A stretch of DNA of 53,592 bases, filler included, from Jimgerdemannia flammicorona (lineage: Eukaryota): NCBI GenBank assembly GCA_003990765.1. It is 3 parts of 3 records of this genome, joined end to end, with 100 filler letters (N's around TTAATTAATTAA, not from the genome) between each part and the next. Parts side by side here need not be neighbours in the genome. Positions count along the whole stretch, not along the records: positions 35,796 to 53,592 come from RBNJ01002406.1; 2 more parts are not named here. One strand, given 5' to 3'. The position numbers and the translations under genes were made by a program. The notes beneath the pieces are model-generated. The model was not told the origin of the DNA and searched no databases. It was given only the letters and a program-made list of their open reading frames with translations. This document shows, in pieces, positions 49,248 to 53,592 of this stretch. How positions within the stretch are numbered: position 1 is the first letter of the stretch; every line of letters starts with the position of its first letter.

Positions 49248-50705
49248 TAATAAGAGTAAATGTATGAAATATATAATAATACAATAGAATAACATAAGAT
49301 GGCAAAGAGAAGAACTAAAACTATGCAACTATGCTAATATCCTAGAGAGCAAAGTAGTAGAGGAAACTTGGATCCTTATCTATGTCATTGACCTTAGTAA
49401 ATCACTAGACCTAACTATAAGTAAAATATGCTATTGTTAATTTTTACCAGATGACTAGTATTAATTATAATACTGTACAATCTATTCTGATAGGAATAAC
49501 AGTATACCAGATAATATCTGAATATTGGTAATATTTAAATTTATCAAATTCTTATTATTTTTTATGAAATAATAATTAAAAATGACAAAATATCCAAATG
49601 GTAACTGTGTCTTTTTGAAGTGAGTTTCAAGGTCAAGATTGCTTATTTCAGAAAGTTCATAATATGTACATATATTTGAAAAACAATCAAAAATTATAGT
49701 ATAATTATATTGCTCAATATTTCCTACAAGTAGTCTGCTATATATTTCAGATGAAACTAATAGCTCAGATAAAATATTGATATTAAATATTATCGACTCT
49801 CTTCTGAATAGCAGATACAAAGTATACTCAGTATAAAGAAATACTGTAGTTAATCACAGATGATGAAGATATATTGATGAGTCAGACAAATTGGAGCTTT
49901 AGATAGGTTGGAATGGGTTGGGTATTTGCCAAAGTTGATATAAATTTAGTATAAAGATATTGCTTAGTATTAATTTTAGATCAGTTGTTGTAGATATAAA
50001 TAGATATACTGAACAATCTAGTGATCTTTCTGAAAGATTGCAAACATATTCTACCTTCACTAGAATGCCTTTCTATCATCCTTTTCAATCATCACAGTAT
50101 AAAAATTATCATCTCTCTGATTTATAAATTACTCCTAGTAGTGGTGATAGTGGAAGTTTATGCAATCTCAGTCTTGTTTTAGTCCTGGTGATCTGGATGA
50201 TAGCATCAATATTAAAGTATTTATTATTGCCAGTAATGATCAGTATATCTCAGACATAGTCTTAAAGATCTCTTCAATATTAATAGGTATATACTTACTC
50301 AAGATAGGAGCCAGAAAGCCCCAGTATTAATTCTTATAATTACTGATCTTCTGGTTGAAGATATGAAGTTAGGCTCCTATGGTTCAGACAGTGACTTCAT
50401 TATCTACAGCCAATGCCAGATTTATGTCAACCTTATTGCAGATATAGCTATCATTATTTAAGCCCCAGTTCTAATTCTGAAACTTCTGATTTTTCAAATC
50501 TATTAGTCAATTAAGTAATGAGCCAGAGATTCTTATAATAGACTTGACAAAATAGCTCTAATATTTGATAGTAAATCTGGTCAGGTAGTAGCTATCATTT
50601 ATATGAAAATAAATAGAGGTTGAATATATAACCAACTATTATCTCTTTCCTGCAACTTTGTAGTATAAGCTTTATACCCTTCATTTTCTCTACCTAATGC
50701 CTTAG

Positions 50706-51039
50706 TAGTGCTCCCAACGAATCGAATCAAGGGTCCAATTCAATTCGATTCAAATCAAATCAAAGGTCCAATTCGATTCGAAGTTTGATTCAAACTATAA
50801 TTTTAAAAATGTAATAACTCGACGAATACCCATCCAAATTCAACATATTTTAGCCTGTTAGATTCACCGTATTAATGTGATTCTAACAAGCTAAAGTACG
50901 TTAGATTTGGATGAGTGTACGCTGAGTTATTGCATTTTGAAAATTAGGGTTTAAATTAGACCCTCAATTCGATTCAACTTTTGATAAAAATCCCCAATTC
51001 GATTCGATTCGAATTGATTCGACTCATTTGGGAGCACTA
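50706..51039. mobile_element. hAT-family MITE (334 bp)
   Basis: TAGTGCTCCCAA...TTGGGAGCACTA; TSD TGCCTTAG / TGCCTTGG (1 mismatch); GATTCGAATC-type subterminal motifs and an internal palindrome. Confidence 0.9.
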
Positions 51040-51746
51040 TGCCTTGGTATCAACTTATATTGTCTTGCCATCTTCTAATTTAATACATATCAATCATAGT
51101 GTATCTTCTCTCTCAATAATCTTAACAACTATTCTAATTATAATATTCTACAATCAGCTATATCTTTAATATAAGCCTAAGGCTGCTATAATATCAACTA
51201 TACTATTAATTCTAAAGCTTTTATCCATAATATCAATTACAATGAAGCAAGACATAAGTCTTCTTGTTTTTGTCACCAATACTAAGTACAGTCATGATGA
51301 GCTTAAGCTATTACAGCAATCTCAATATAGCTCTTGTGGACCATCTCTCTTGATATTACATGAAATATATAATAAGAAAATTTCAAAGCAATATCTCATT
51401 CTTATCTTTCTATGAACTTTGGAAAGAAATTTTTATGAAAATATCTTTTTTATTTGTTAAAAAATAGACTGGCTTTCATTCTATTCTTTTCATACAATCT
51501 TCTATCCTGAAGATAACAGAATCTCCAGACTTCTCAAATTTTGATATACTCTATTCAGTAAAATTTCCTACTATATCAGGAATCTCACATTATGAATTCT
51601 CCACTTAGTGCTATTATAAAGACATTTCAATTACCCATCCTCAAAGCTATGATATACTGCCTGAAGATGTGAGGCAGAGTTAATTTATTATTATTCTTGA
51701 CTTTGGCATCTAACCTTCAATATCTTCACAACCTCATAGTGTCCTC

Positions 51747-53592
51747 TTTTTTTTTTTTTTATAGTCACTGAGACTTCTACTTTTATTACTAATTACTATC
51801 CAATCTATATTACATTAATACAAAGATACTGATGTACCCTTCACCCAATTTCACACTCACCCTCTTTTCCTCCTCCAGGTCCCTACTTCTATCATTACCT
51901 ATTCAGGATGTCCAGCAATAATTACTCCCATTACACAACTCTTATCCTAACTACTAATCATTGATTATCCTCAAATACATAGAGCCAATATCTGGCAAGC
52001 CCAACCCAAATAGCTAGAGCTTACCTCAAAGTCAACTACTTATCTCCAATGCCTTCTACTAACCTATGCTAGAGATTACCCCACCTCCAACCCTCTCCTT
52101 CTCCCAAAGGTCCCAACTCCAGCTAGTCCTTGATAACTTGTCAGAAATCTCTTAGAATCTCATACTCTCCAAGCCAATGCTCAGGGGTCTGAACCATATC
52201 TCCCATCTGTTCAACATCTAGATACTTCTTATACTTCAAAACACCCCCTTCTACTAAGTATCCCAACTGATAGTTCAATATTATATTGTATCTCAGAATC
52301 TGTCACCATAATATCCAGAACTTGGGGGAGAGCCATCTTATCACCTGCTGGCATCAAGACCAGATACCATTCTAGTCTCACTTTTTGCTAATCTCTACTC
52401 CCTGCTATGCCTCCAGCCACAATTCTCTCCTATGCTCTCTTAGATATTTTATACTATCTTCTAGCTAAAAATCCTCCACCAGTTTATCTCCTAACAGTAG
52501 GTGGTCCCATCTCTACATCTGTGGTCCCCACTCCTCTTCTCCTTCATTACCCCTCTACCAAAGACCAATATAATGGGTGCCATCTACTACTCTCCACCAG
52601 AGAGAGTAGGTCACCAGTCATGTCTCAGGGAGAGCACTGAGCTTCCCATACTCTCTACATAAGTGGTACCCACTCTCAACCCTGTAATTCACTTGCTTGC
52701 TTCAGCCACTATGCTCTCAAGCAGTGCAGGTGCTTGGTGAAATCCACCAGGCCCAGCCAGCCTCTGTCAACTGGTAATGTCAATACCTCCCAGCTGACCT
52801 GGCTCTGCTGCTCCACCCAGATCTATAATCTTACTAACTTCAATAGTCTCTTAATCATGCACACTGAAAAGTCCAAGTGATATCCCAAATACTACAGCTA
52901 TGGCAGCTAGTATATATTCAGTACCATTACTCTCTCTACTAGAGAGATATAACAGCCTCTCCACCTCAAGAGAATATTCTCCTATACTAGTAGCCACTAC
53001 TCTCACTCAGTAGGGAACCATATACCAAGAAATAAATTCTCAAGTAGCAAACTGCTTCATTAGCTGGGATCACCTTTCTGATCACATCACCACCAACTAT
53101 TCCTCTACCTAGGGCCAGTGTCTTATACTTATGTCAATTGAGCCTAGCATCTGAACATCTCTTATACAATTCTCTTATACTCTTCAGTACTACCCCATCC
53201 TCCACAGAGCTCAGCCCAACTACTATATCATCCTCAAAGGCTGCAATCTTCAAGTTCACTTCTAAAATAAATCCCTAACTCTGTACCATATTCTGTCCAA
53301 CAAGGGTTCCAATAAGAGAGCATAGAGAATTAGTAACAATAGATCTCCTTGTAGCACCCCTCTACCTAGAAGGAAGGACTCTCCCCTATGTCTATTCACT
53401 ATAATAGCTGCCTAACTCTCCTCTAACAGACAAATTAACAATCTTCTAAACCCTGGGAGGACTCTTATTCACTTCCAGCCATATATGCTAAACTATGTCA
53501 TATACCTCTCTTAATTCAGAAAGACTAGTTGACCATTGACCCTGGTTGTACAGATACTCTCAATAATACCATATACCTATACCATCTCATCT
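51747..53592 (-). mobile_element. L1/Tx1-like LINE copy 3 (3' half, heavily mutated; runs off window end)
   Basis: Poly(T) 51747-51760. The reverse complement matches copy 2 RT and C-terminal region (e.g. GVLQGDLL, AAFEDD; 52740-52825 versus 44430-44515). Confidence 0.88.

Noticed and set aside
49250..51740. Relic coding sequence around the 334-bp MITE
   Set aside because: Too eroded; no motif could be read.

Overview
Repeat-rich eukaryotic DNA with short GT-AG introns. It is most likely from an early-diverging fungus (Mucoromycota-like; this is inferred from gene content). The window is three contigs joined by two artificial 100-bp N/TTAATTAATTAA linkers. Contig 1 (1-17.8 kb) is a transposon nest: a decayed, dUTPase-bearing Ty3/gypsy element (minus strand, 547-16469) whose 3' LTR was hit by a young Ty1/copia element and whose 5' LTR was split by a 6.4-kb hAT DNA transposon (9285-15698; TIR TAGTGCTCCGAA, 8-bp TSD CCCTGAAA). 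The best candidate for a new system is that this hAT carries a second, convergent, spliced gene whose C-terminal domain has the HxD...H signature and motif layout of a TET/JBP-like 2OG-Fe(II) dioxygenase. A second, heavily mutated copy of that end plus cargo gene (26868-28535) and two MITEs with the same TIR are also present. Contig 2 holds CpG-rich host genes: disrupted NmrA-like, F-box/LRR-like and MFS genes, an intact 3-exon ybeY, a PPxY orphan and a SAM methyltransferase. Contig 3 holds three L1/Tx1-like LINE copies, an unknown gene split by LINEs and a 9-bp satellite. The old repeats show strong CpG decay, consistent with cytosine methylation. All calls come from reading motifs by eye; no database searches were run.
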